From positions 1 to 19,879 of the IMG/VR virus record IMGVR_UViG_3300025099_000200: DNA of 19,879 nt. The stretch is one strand, 5' to 3'. Both the position numbers and the translations under genes were made by a program. This DNA is from a virus. Below are positions 1-7,780 of the stretch, piece after piece (the stretch's first letter is position 1; each line of letters begins with the position of its first letter). The notes below the pieces were generated by a model. That model worked only from the letters and a program-made list of their open reading frames with translations, was not told the DNA's origin and did no database searches.

Positions 1-444
1 GTTACATATAAAGAGGGTGTGTATAGCAATACTGCAATGAGGCTAGGTTTAAAAAATGAACCTACAGAAGCCCATTTAAGTAACATGGAGTTACTATCAG
101 AAAAAGTATTCGAACCCCTTAGAGTGCACGTAAACGGCCCTATAAAGATCAATTCGTTCTATCGAGGACCTGAATTGAATAAAGCGATCGGAGGATCGAG
201 TAAATCACAACATTGTAACGGCCAAGCGATGGATATTGACGATACTTATGGCTACATGAGTAACGCTGATATGTACGAGTATATAAAGAAAAACTTATCG
301 TTCGATCAAATGATATGGGAATTCGGAACGGATTCTAACCCAGACTGGGTACATGTAAGTTACGTAAATGAAGAGGCTAACAGAAATAGATGTTTGCTAG
401 CTTATAAAGATGAAAATAATAAAACAAAATACAAAACTATATAA
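1..444 (+). CDS. Peptidase M15 (VanY / D-Ala-D-Ala carboxypeptidase-like) cell-wall hydrolase, probable endolysin. The 5' end is probably cut by the window edge.
   Basis: The frame is open from base 1 (the track starts at GTG 19). Zn-ligand layout SQHCNGQAMDID (H-x6-D) followed by DWVHVS, preceded by INSFYRGPELN. This is the SxHxxGxAxD ... H pattern of M15 peptidases. Confidence 0.85.
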   Translation, partial: VTYKEGVYSNTAMRLGLKNEPTEAHLSNMELLSEKVFEPLRVHVNGPIKINSFYRGPELNKAIGGSSKSQHCNGQAMDIDDTYGYMSNADMYEYIKKNLSFDQMIWEFGTDSNPDWVHVSYVNEEANRNRCLLAYKDENNKTKYKTI

Positions 445-445
445 G

Positions 446-916
446 ATGGCATACAAAATGGACCCCACCAAAAAGAAAAATAAAAATGGTGGAATAAACA
501 AAATAGTAAAAGGAATAGCAGAAGCAGGTAAACATTTATTGATTCCTGGCTATTCAATTATCAAAGGAGCTAATAAAACACTTACAAAGTTAAAGCCCAA
601 ACCTGGTATATTACCTAGTATACAGGCATACAAACAGTCACAAGTGGGTGTAACCCTTACTAAAACCTTAACTTCTAAGCCAAAGGCAAAAGCAGCAAAC
701 TTGGAAAGAAAGAAACCGGTTAAAAACAAAAAATATGCCAGTTCAGTTCAAGTTTCAGGAGGATCAGGTGTTCAGCCAACTGCTAAGTCTGAACTTCCAA
801 AAGGTAATACTAATATTAAACCAGTTAAGCCTAAAGTAAAAGCGGCTGAGGCTAAACCTAAAAAGGTAAAAGTCAAAATTAAACACAATAAGACTAAAAT
901 TAAAATTAAAAAATGA
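446..916 (+). CDS. Lysine/proline/alanine-rich, highly basic protein of unknown function (histone H1-like composition)
   Basis: ATG at 446 lies 1 nt after the endolysin stop (the track's 410 start overlaps it). K-rich repeats such as KPKAKAA, KPVKPKVKAAEAKPKKVKVKIK. The stop overlaps the next start (ATGA at 913-916). Confidence 0.6.
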   Translation: MAYKMDPTKKKNKNGGINKIVKGIAEAGKHLLIPGYSIIKGANKTLTKLKPKPGILPSIQAYKQSQVGVTLTKTLTSKPKAKAANLERKKPVKNKKYASSVQVSGGSGVQPTAKSELPKGNTNIKPVKPKVKAAEAKPKKVKVKIKHNKTKIKIKK

Positions 917-1266
917 AACTATGGAAAATTGTCCTTTTTGCACTTTTTGTATTTGTAGCTAGTTGCGCAGTACAAAATAAACCCAAAATAAAGATTACCC
1001 ATGTGTTAGCTATAACACAAGAAGGTGACACATTAACTATACCTATTGATGTTATAAGGCCTATTAATTATAGAATAATAAACTATAATACAACGCCAAG
1101 TTATGGGTGGTATCACGGTGGCAGAACATATCATTATGATTATAGTTATGCGCCATCAAATAGAGGAAGTAATAATAATAACAAAGGCTCAGATAAAATT
1201 GTGCCTAGAGAAGATCCCGGAGATGGAAGACCATCTGGTGAAGTTTTAATGAAGGGAAAAAAATAA
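913..1266 (+). CDS. Putative lipoprotein (signal peptide plus lipobox)
   Basis: The N-terminus MKLWKIVLFALFVFVASC has a hydrophobic core and a V-A-S-C lipobox. ATGA overlap with the upstream gene. The role (o-spanin-like lysis factor or exclusion lipoprotein) is not determinable. Confidence 0.65.
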   Translation: MKLWKIVLFALFVFVASCAVQNKPKIKITHVLAITQEGDTLTIPIDVIRPINYRIINYNTTPSYGWYHGGRTYHYDYSYAPSNRGSNNNNKGSDKIVPREDPGDGRPSGEVLMKGKK

Positions 1267-1272
1267 TATAAT

Positions 1273-1800
1273 ATGAATACAATATCGCCGGAATATAAAG
1301 AGCAGATTACAAAATATCACGCAAGCAGGCCGTGGGGTGGCGCTGTTAGAGGTTCAGGTCAGATGCTACATAAGTATCTGATATTAACTAATTCAAAATC
1401 TATATTGGATTATGGAGCCGGAAGAAGTGATTTAAAAAAAGAATTAGACTCATCTTACCCTGATCATCCTTATATAATAAATGAATACGAACCAGGTATA
1501 CCTGAGCTAGCAGAAGATCCGCCAGTAAGTGATGCAGTAGTTTCATTTGATGTAATGGAACACGTTGAACCTGATTTAGTTGATAATGTCATACAACATA
1601 TATATGATAAAACTAACTTATGGACATATCACAAGATATGTTTAAAAGCGGCAACGGGTGTATTTCCTGGTACAAAACAAAACCTACACTTAACTATAAA
1701 ACCTGGATTTTGGTGGTTAGAAAAATTTAACAAGAAGTTTGAATTTTTAGAAACCGGAATGAATTCAGGATATGTATATTTTTTAGGAGTAAAGAAATGA
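1273..1800 (+). CDS. Class I SAM-dependent methyltransferase
   Basis: Motif I ILDYGAGRS and a later acidic/hydrophobic strand VVSFDVMEHVEP, typical of Methyltransf_11/23-like enzymes. The substrate is unknown. Confidence 0.7.
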   Translation: MNTISPEYKEQITKYHASRPWGGAVRGSGQMLHKYLILTNSKSILDYGAGRSDLKKELDSSYPDHPYIINEYEPGIPELAEDPPVSDAVVSFDVMEHVEPDLVDNVIQHIYDKTNLWTYHKICLKAATGVFPGTKQNLHLTIKPGFWWLEKFNKKFEFLETGMNSGYVYFLGVKK

Positions 1801-1919
1801 AATTTTTTGATTTTAATAATAACGGAAAGTATGATTGGTGGGAGTATATATTACCTTTTGTAATAATACTTATCATTGAAATTATTGCTGAGATTGTGGC
1901 ACGATACGTGACGTTTTAG
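1797..1919 (+). CDS. Hypothetical 40-aa single-pass membrane peptide (not in the supplied track)
   Basis: ATG 1797 overlaps the methyltransferase stop (ATGA). Translation: MKFFDFNNNGKYDWWEYILPFVIILIIEIIAEIVARYVTF, with one hydrophobic helix. Its 3' end overlaps the convergent gene 1882-2688 by 38 nt. Confidence 0.3.
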   Translation: MKFFDFNNNGKYDWWEYILPFVIILIIEIIAEIVARYVTF

Positions 1920-2688
1920 AAAATTTTGGTGCAGTCTTCATTATCTTTTGACCCCTCATCCAATTAGTATACGGTACTTCATTTTCTTTCAAGTCTGAAA
2001 GTATATGCCAATTTATTAATCCCCTTCGTTGAAGAGACCTCATATATTGTTGTTCCATATCTTTATCATGAGCTGGTCTATTTAAAATATAGACTGGCAA
2101 GTGCCAACTGTGTGGATCACAATTACTAACTTTACCACGTTTATCACGCGGTCTTTTATTAATTGTTTTAGCAAAGAAGTCAAAGCCTATAAGATCAATA
2201 CTTTTATAGGTTTTTATTTTTTGTAAAAACCATACTATAGTAATAAAACCTGCACTAGGTCTATAATCATTAGTACCTTTCAAATCTTTACCAAACTTAT
2301 TCATAACCGTAATAAGTTCTTTATCAGAATACATTTGTGTGTATTCAGGAAAGTCTTTTGGTAACCTATCTTCTAATACCCAATCCTTAAGCATTAAGTT
2401 ACCTCGACTTCTATTTATTAATACTTTCGTATTTTTAAATTTGCCTGTAGCAAATTCTTCTTTAACATTGTTAAACGCTGGCGCTCTAAATTGACCGGTT
2501 ACCCATATGTCACATTTAGTGCCAAGACTTTTTTCTTGTAAAGGTGTAGCTTCAATAGCTCTTCCAAACCTTATAACAATATCATACTTATCGATAAAGT
2601 CTGAAAGATTATGATTCATAATCTCTACAGAGTTACCGATAAATATAATACGTTTATCTTTTACAAACTGTTGTATATCCTCCACCAT
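1882..2688 (-). CDS. Sialyltransferase-like glycosyltransferase (GT29/GT42-like motif layout)
   Basis: N-terminal RIIFIGNSVEIMNHNLSDFIDKYDIVIRFG resembles sialylmotif L and the CstII N-terminus. RPSAGFITIVWFLQKIKTYKSIDLIGFDF resembles motif S. It is followed by HSWH (motif III-like) and HDKDME (H-x4-E, motif VS-like). Confidence 0.55.
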   Translation of the reverse strand: MVEDIQQFVKDKRIIFIGNSVEIMNHNLSDFIDKYDIVIRFGRAIEATPLQEKSLGTKCDIWVTGQFRAPAFNNVKEEFATGKFKNTKVLINRSRGNLMLKDWVLEDRLPKDFPEYTQMYSDKELITVMNKFGKDLKGTNDYRPSAGFITIVWFLQKIKTYKSIDLIGFDFFAKTINKRPRDKRGKVSNCDPHSWHLPVYILNRPAHDKDMEQQYMRSLQRRGLINWHILSDLKENEVPYTNWMRGQKIMKTAPKFSKTSRIVPQSQQ

Positions 2689-3311
2689 TCTTCTGAAGCT
2701 TCTGCGTCTTTATAACTATCAAACCAAGGTCCGCCGTTTGTATAATGTAATGCCTTAGCACCTTCTATATTATAATAACCAACTAATGAATTATATTCTT
2801 TAGGTATTGAACCTATGTTATCTTCATTTATAAAATGAAATTCATGTAGCTGTGCTGGCGTTGCGTTATCTAAATATTCTTTTGTTAATTTATTTTTATA
2901 CCATTCATTTCTGAATATCATTAAGCTAGACCAGTTTTTCTTTGGGTAACTTTTATTAACAACACCATTCATTTTGTTAGCGTCTGCTTCATAGTCATCA
3001 TGCTTTACAACAGCTAAGTTATATTGATTTATATATTTTCTTATTTCTCTTGGATCACATTTCCATAAGAAATCATTATCACAAAACATTGCAATACCTT
3101 CGTAATTACAAAGTAATGGTACATAGAATCTAGTAAAAGAAAATTCTGTTGATTCTCCATTAACATCATCTCTGCCATAGATGCCAGCATCTTTTAACTT
3201 AGCTTTATCTAACCAAGTTATTTTAGCTTCTGGCCAATAATATTTAATTGATTGTGCGCAAACTTTTGTTGCGTCTGTATATCTTGAGTCGTGTCCTATA
3301 AATATTCTCAT
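2661..3311 (-). CDS. GT-A fold glycosyltransferase, GT8-like
   Basis: FTRFYVPLLCNYEGIAMFCDNDFLW contains the DxD-type motif (DND) in the usual GT8 context. The size and layout match the small GT8-like proteins of marine phages. Confidence 0.7.
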   Translation of the reverse strand: MRIFIGHDSRYTDATKVCAQSIKYYWPEAKITWLDKAKLKDAGIYGRDDVNGESTEFSFTRFYVPLLCNYEGIAMFCDNDFLWKCDPREIRKYINQYNLAVVKHDDYEADANKMNGVVNKSYPKKNWSSLMIFRNEWYKNKLTKEYLDNATPAQLHEFHFINEDNIGSIPKEYNSLVGYYNIEGAKALHYTNGGPWFDSYKDAEASEEWWRIYNSL

Positions 3312-3313
3312 AA

Positions 3314-3658
3314 CTATGCTTTTTTACCTGATGATCTTCTGTTAATATCATCATGATTAAACTCTGCCCAGTACAATTCAAAAGCAACACCATCTTCTAA
3401 TCCTTCAAACTGATGAAACTTTCCTGGCTTTACCATAGTAAAATCACCAGCTTCTAATATTGTTTCATCAACAAGACCTTGATCATCTTGCCAAACTCTA
3501 ACGAGCATTTTACCGGATTCAACAAAAAATCCGTTCCATTTAAATTTGTGTTCATGTTCTGAACATTTAAATCCTTTATTATATTCTATTCTATGAAATT
3601 CTAATACACCGTTCTTGTGTATCATTTCTGTTTTACCCCAAATTTTTCCTGCTTTCAT
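3314..3658 (-). CDS. Small single-domain cupin protein (mannose-6-phosphate-isomerase-type cupin)
   Basis: KIWGKTEMI...EFHRIEYNKGFKCSEHEHKFKWNGFFVESG...GKFHQFE matches the cupin His-rich motif 1 and motif 2 pattern. The start overlaps the upstream stop (TAATG). Confidence 0.7.
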   Translation of the reverse strand: MKAGKIWGKTEMIHKNGVLEFHRIEYNKGFKCSEHEHKFKWNGFFVESGKMLVRVWQDDQGLVDETILEAGDFTMVKPGKFHQFEGLEDGVAFELYWAEFNHDDINRRSSGKKA

Positions 3659-4470
3659 TATTTACTTTGTTTAAAATATGGTTTAGACCAGTTAGACTTA
3701 TTTGATTTAACGTGTTGAACTTTTTTTGTAACTCTCACTTTAGTATAAGGCGCCCAGTTATACCATTTGCCTCTTCTATTTTGTGATACAGGTGTTATTT
3801 TAAAGTTCTTTAATGTTTGATCTGGTTTATTTTTGAAGTGTATACTTAATAATATTCTAGGTCCTATAGTATCAACTTTATGATATTGATAAGACGGAAT
3901 ATATAACATATCTCCAGGCTCTAAAACAAATTCATCTATTATTGTTTTAGGTTTATCAGGAGTAAACTCTTCATATATAGTCCATTTGGTTTTACCTTCA
4001 GTATGAAATAAAAAGTTTTCAGTTGCATCTGCATGTGCAGGAAACGACTTTGATTCAGCATTTGGAGAAGCATAAACATTTACTTGTCCGTGCCCAAAGA
4101 ATTTTTCAAATTCAAAACAAACTTTAACTAAGTTTTCTTTTTCGTATTCAGCAAAAGGTATTACAAATGTTTTATTTTGTTTTTTCCAAAAATCAAATAT
4201 TTGTTCTTTACTTAACATAGGTAACTTTAATTTACCTTTAAGTATTTTATCTAAGCACCATCTACCATCTTTGGTTTTATCGGTACCCTCTATTATTTGT
4301 AAACTTTTTACATTCGGGTATCTGTTTAAATAATTATTTAAATCATCCCACGTAAATAAATTCTTAAATTTATTTCTTCTTATTACTAAATGTTTTTTAC
4401 CCCAGTAATTTTGAAAAAAGTTTTTTACACTAATAGGCTCTAGTATATTTTCTAATGTTATTCTATCCAT
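3658..4470 (-). CDS. JmjC / cupin_4 family 2-oxoglutarate-Fe(II) oxygenase (ribosomal-oxygenase-like)
   Basis: HxD...H facial triad: FPAHADATENF (H-A-D) and the distal YQYHKV. The N-terminal FFQNYWGKKHLVI is typical of cupin_4/JmjC proteins. Confidence 0.7.
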   Translation of the reverse strand: MDRITLENILEPISVKNFFQNYWGKKHLVIRRNKFKNLFTWDDLNNYLNRYPNVKSLQIIEGTDKTKDGRWCLDKILKGKLKLPMLSKEQIFDFWKKQNKTFVIPFAEYEKENLVKVCFEFEKFFGHGQVNVYASPNAESKSFPAHADATENFLFHTEGKTKWTIYEEFTPDKPKTIIDEFVLEPGDMLYIPSYQYHKVDTIGPRILLSIHFKNKPDQTLKNFKITPVSQNRRGKWYNWAPYTKVRVTKKVQHVKSNKSNWSKPYFKQSK

Positions 4471-6184
4471 CGCAAGCTAAACAATTTTCGTCCATTGCTT
4501 GATCGGCAATATCACCTCTCAATACAGACTCGGTTCTCATATAATATAATGTTTTAATTCCTTTTTTCCAAGCAGCCATATGCACTTTATTAATCCACTT
4601 TGGCGTTGCTGTTGAAGGAAAGGCTAAATTCAAACTAACTGACTGGTCAACATATTGTTGTCTTATACCAGCTTGATTAACTAATTCTAATTGATTAATT
4701 TCTTTGAAAGTTCTGAATATTTCTTTGACGGGTATGTCGTGAGGTCCATGAGTAACACTGTCTAATTGTTTTAAACCTTGTATAGACCCTCCGTCCTTTA
4801 GTATCTTCGACCATATTCTTTCGTTATCTATTTTATTTTTTCGTAATATTTTTTTAAGTGTTGGGTTTTTACGAATGAAAGTACCTTTCGCACTTTGCTC
4901 TGTGAATACATTAGCTGCCCACGGTTCAATACCTGGGCTAACATTTCCACTAAGCTTAGAGTTACTGACAGTAGGAGCAATAGCGCGTAGGTGGGTATTA
5001 CGTAAACCAGTACCGACACACCAAAGAGGTTCTCCAAAAATTTCAGCCATAGCTCGTGAAGCTCTTTCAGATTCGATTTTAATTTGACTAAATATTTTTC
5101 TTGTTTCATATTGTGATAATAATCCTTCAAATGGTAAACCTTTTTCCTGTAAATATGTATGCCAGCCTAGCACACCTAATCCTAAAGCTCTACCTTTTTC
5201 AGCAGATCTAACAGAATTATGGAAGCCAACTTTACCTTTTGATTTCTGTATAAATTCTTCTAACACGCCATCAAGAAACCATGTGGCGTCATATATTAAA
5301 TTGGTTCCTTTCCATTCATCATACTTGGCTAAGTTTAATGATGATAAACAACAAACAAAAGAATGAGACTCATCAGTATGTAATGTAATTTCACTACATA
5401 TATTTGTCATATGTACTTTTAATCCGTGTTTTTTGTAAGCATCTGGGTTATTCTTGTTTGTATTTCCCTTAAATAAGATATAAGGTTCTCCAGTTGCTTT
5501 ACGTTTTTGTAATAGCTTACCCCATATCCTCCTCGCATCTTGATCTCCAGCATCAAGTCTTCGCATGAACTTGTCGCCGACCACAGCGCACTGGTGTAGG
5601 TTGAGCGATTGACGATTAACGTCTCCTTTAGGTTCTCGTATTTCCAACCACTCTTCAAAATCGGGGTGGTCAATATTAATATTAACGCTTGCAGCTCCTC
5701 TTCGGACAGATCCTTGGTTCGTTGCGAGTATAGTGCTATCGTAGATTTTACAAAAAGGCACAGTTCCATCAGATGTTCCATTTCCAGTTATGTTTGCACC
5801 GGCGGGTCTAATCATATTCAATCCAATGCCAACTCCACCGCCGTGCTTTGCGAGTAACATCATCTCTAAATTTTTCATACCAATGTCATAGATGCTGTCC
5901 GCAACATCAATTCCAAAGCATGATATAGGCAATCCTCGATCTGTACCAGTATTAGATAGCACAGGAGATGCCAAACACAGCCAACCTTTCCATATATATT
6001 CAAAAAAAGTTTCGGCTAGTTCTGGACGCTTTAAACGCTTCGCTACAGTTTCAGCAACACGCATATAAGCATCGCGAGGAGACTCAGTATTAATTAAATA
6101 ACCTCCAGCAATTGTTTTCTTATATACATCTGTATCACCCCAGCTAGGATAATCAATTCCCTTTTTCCAGTTGTTGTTCCACAT
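4463..6184 (-). CDS. nrdA: Ribonucleoside-diphosphate reductase alpha subunit, short form without ATP-cone
   Basis: Catalytic NICSEITL (N-x-C-x-E), CCLSSLNL, a C-terminal redox pair CLACDG, and many conserved class I RNR blocks. There is no VxKRDG-type ATP-cone at the N-terminus. Confidence 0.95.
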   Translation of the reverse strand: MWNNNWKKGIDYPSWGDTDVYKKTIAGGYLINTESPRDAYMRVAETVAKRLKRPELAETFFEYIWKGWLCLASPVLSNTGTDRGLPISCFGIDVADSIYDIGMKNLEMMLLAKHGGGVGIGLNMIRPAGANITGNGTSDGTVPFCKIYDSTILATNQGSVRRGAASVNINIDHPDFEEWLEIREPKGDVNRQSLNLHQCAVVGDKFMRRLDAGDQDARRIWGKLLQKRKATGEPYILFKGNTNKNNPDAYKKHGLKVHMTNICSEITLHTDESHSFVCCLSSLNLAKYDEWKGTNLIYDATWFLDGVLEEFIQKSKGKVGFHNSVRSAEKGRALGLGVLGWHTYLQEKGLPFEGLLSQYETRKIFSQIKIESERASRAMAEIFGEPLWCVGTGLRNTHLRAIAPTVSNSKLSGNVSPGIEPWAANVFTEQSAKGTFIRKNPTLKKILRKNKIDNERIWSKILKDGGSIQGLKQLDSVTHGPHDIPVKEIFRTFKEINQLELVNQAGIRQQYVDQSVSLNLAFPSTATPKWINKVHMAAWKKGIKTLYYMRTESVLRGDIADQAMDENCLACDG

Positions 6185-6377
6185 TTTTCTTTTCTAATTT
6201 TTGTAATTCTTTAACTAATTCTTTCCATTTGTCCTCTCCAATATGTAATTGAAAAGCGGTTAATGTACCCTGAGCTAAGCTTGTAACTTGTTCTAAGTCT
6301 TTAAGTGTTCTTGTTAGAGCACCACCTAAAACTTCAACTTGCTGCTGTAATTGTTTAACATTTTTTTGTATTCCCAT
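6153..6377 (-). CDS. Hypothetical coiled-coil protein (74 aa)
   Basis: ATG start. Heptad-like, Q/E/K/L-rich sequence. Sits between nrdB and nrdA on the same strand and overlaps the nrdA start by 32 nt. Confidence 0.5.
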   Translation of the reverse strand: MGIQKNVKQLQQQVEVLGGALTRTLKDLEQVTSLAQGTLTAFQLHIGEDKWKELVKELQKLEKKNVEQQLEKGN

Positions 6378-6378
6378 A

Positions 6379-6630
6379 TTAAGTTATTAAATGTTTTATC
6401 CACGCAAATAAACCATTAAGGTTTAATGCTACTAAGTTCCATTGCTTTCTTGATCCAGTCTGTACCATCACACAAATAAAACCTATTATATACAACCAAG
6501 GTTCTAATGTCCATTGTGCGGCAACTAAAAGACCGGCACCCATATATCCAATACGGGTAGCCATTCTTTCTAATGGTCCTAGTTGTCTTCTTCTTTCAAC
6601 AAGAAACCTTTTATATTTATTTATTACCAT
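6379..6630 (-). CDS. Small integral membrane protein (2-3 TM helices)
   Basis: Hydrophobic stretches IGYMGAGLLVAAQW, WLYIIGFICVMV and LVALNLNGLFAWI. The start overlaps the nrdB stop (ATGGTAA). Confidence 0.6.
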   Translation of the reverse strand: MVINKYKRFLVERRRQLGPLERMATRIGYMGAGLLVAAQWTLEPWLYIIGFICVMVQTGSRKQWNLVALNLNGLFAWIKHLIT

Positions 6631-7634
6631 ATATCTTCAAAATCTTCTCCTTCATTCGCTTTGCTATAGTCAGTCGGCCTAACAGCAAAGAAATCAGTGT
6701 GAGTGTGACCCCCAGTAAGATGATCGAACCAAGCCATTTTTTCAATTGATTTTTCGTCATAAAAAGTAAAATCCCATTGTTTATATTTCTTTGATGTATA
6801 ACCTAACTCAGCTAGCTTATCGCCAACTCTTTTCTTAATAAAATGTTTAAGATCGTATTGCGTTATACCTTCTATATCACCCATTTCAAATATCTTACTA
6901 ATGTAAGTCATTTCAGCATTGTGCATTGTTAAAGCCGCTTCAAATATATGTGGTTCACATTCAGCTTTTAATCCTGGTACTTGCGAACACATGTGTCTAA
7001 ATAATTGACAACCCATTTTACTATGCAATGATTCGTCTCTTACAGACCATTTCATTTGTTGGCCAATACCTTTAAGTAAATTACGTAACTGAAAACTGTA
7101 AAGCACGGCAAAAGCAGAGTATAAAGAAACTCCTTCTGCGAAAGCTGAAAAAGTAGCCAATGACTTTCCGATACCAACGGGATCGTTGCCATCATATGCA
7201 ACAAGATTATCAAAGCGAGCAGCCGTAGCTGGCTCATGAAGAAAAGCTTCATAGTCTTCGAGTCCAAGTGTTTCATTTAAATAACTGTAAGCTACAGCGT
7301 GTATTGTTTCTTGTGAGCCGAACATCATAGCCATTTGCTGTATCTCATGTTTAGGAAACCATGATACGACTTTCTGTGTCCAGTAATCTGATACTGCACA
7401 TTCTGTTTGAGCAAAGCCTAATAGTATATTACCAACTAAATTCTTTTCTTCAGCTGTTAACTTTTCGTTCCAGTCTTTAACATCACCGCTCATTGGTATT
7501 TCAGTATGTAACCAAAATGCTTGAGCTTGTTTTAACCAGCCCTCAGTATAATACTCAGGATATTCAAAAGGTTTATAAGGTATTCTTTCTGTAAATAAAG
7601 GTGCTTTACTCATATTAATTATTTGTTTTTCCAT
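6624..7634 (-). CDS. nrdB: Ribonucleoside-diphosphate reductase beta subunit
   Basis: Di-metal and radical-site motifs: QETIHAVAY (E-x2-H-x3-Y), FAEGVSLYSAF and VRDESLHS (E-x2-H). Confidence 0.95.
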   Translation of the reverse strand: MEKQIINMSKAPLFTERIPYKPFEYPEYYTEGWLKQAQAFWLHTEIPMSGDVKDWNEKLTAEEKNLVGNILLGFAQTECAVSDYWTQKVVSWFPKHEIQQMAMMFGSQETIHAVAYSYLNETLGLEDYEAFLHEPATAARFDNLVAYDGNDPVGIGKSLATFSAFAEGVSLYSAFAVLYSFQLRNLLKGIGQQMKWSVRDESLHSKMGCQLFRHMCSQVPGLKAECEPHIFEAALTMHNAEMTYISKIFEMGDIEGITQYDLKHFIKKRVGDKLAELGYTSKKYKQWDFTFYDEKSIEKMAWFDHLTGGHTHTDFFAVRPTDYSKANEGEDFEDIW

Positions 7635-7780
7635 TCTATAGCAAGATCAATAAATGGTATATAGAACACCACTTGTGACCAGATAGGTCCTTCATAAGTT
7701 CTAACCCCGAATAATAATCCAGGATATAAACCTATAGCCATTGACCAATCATCTTCCTTGCCCTCGATATTGTTTGACAT
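7619..7780 (-). CDS. Hypothetical 53-aa protein (below the track length cut-off)
   Basis: My translation: MSNNIEGKEDDWSMAIGLYPGLLFGVRTYEGPIWSQVVFYIPFIDLAIEWKNK. The stop overlaps the nrdB start region. It fills an otherwise unexplained gap in a very compact array. Confidence 0.4.
   Translation of the reverse strand: MSNNIEGKEDDWSMAIGLYPGLLFGVRTYEGPIWSQVVFYIPFIDLAIEWKNK

Noticed and set aside
100-130. The TTCGAACCCC stretch at about 110-120, which looks like a tRNA T-arm on the - strand.
   Set aside because: The flanking sequence cannot form the T-stem or an acceptor stem, and the stretch lies inside the M15 peptidase coding sequence.
446-1266. Calling the basic protein plus the lipoprotein a two-component spanin pair.
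   Set aside because: The upstream protein has no transmembrane segment (required for an i-spanin), and the lipoprotein is not embedded in it or overlapping it in the usual way. The evidence is insufficient.
4828-5857. Track ORFs nested in or antisense to nrdA (4828-5130 -, 4875-5087 +, 5419-5781 -, 5609-5857 +).
   Set aside because: They lie entirely inside a gene whose product is unmistakably RNR alpha. Their translations are low-complexity or hydrophobic with no motifs. They are shadow ORFs.
7052-7276. A 74-aa - strand ORF inside nrdB in another frame.
   Set aside because: It is fully embedded in the well-supported nrdB coding sequence and has no independent evidence.
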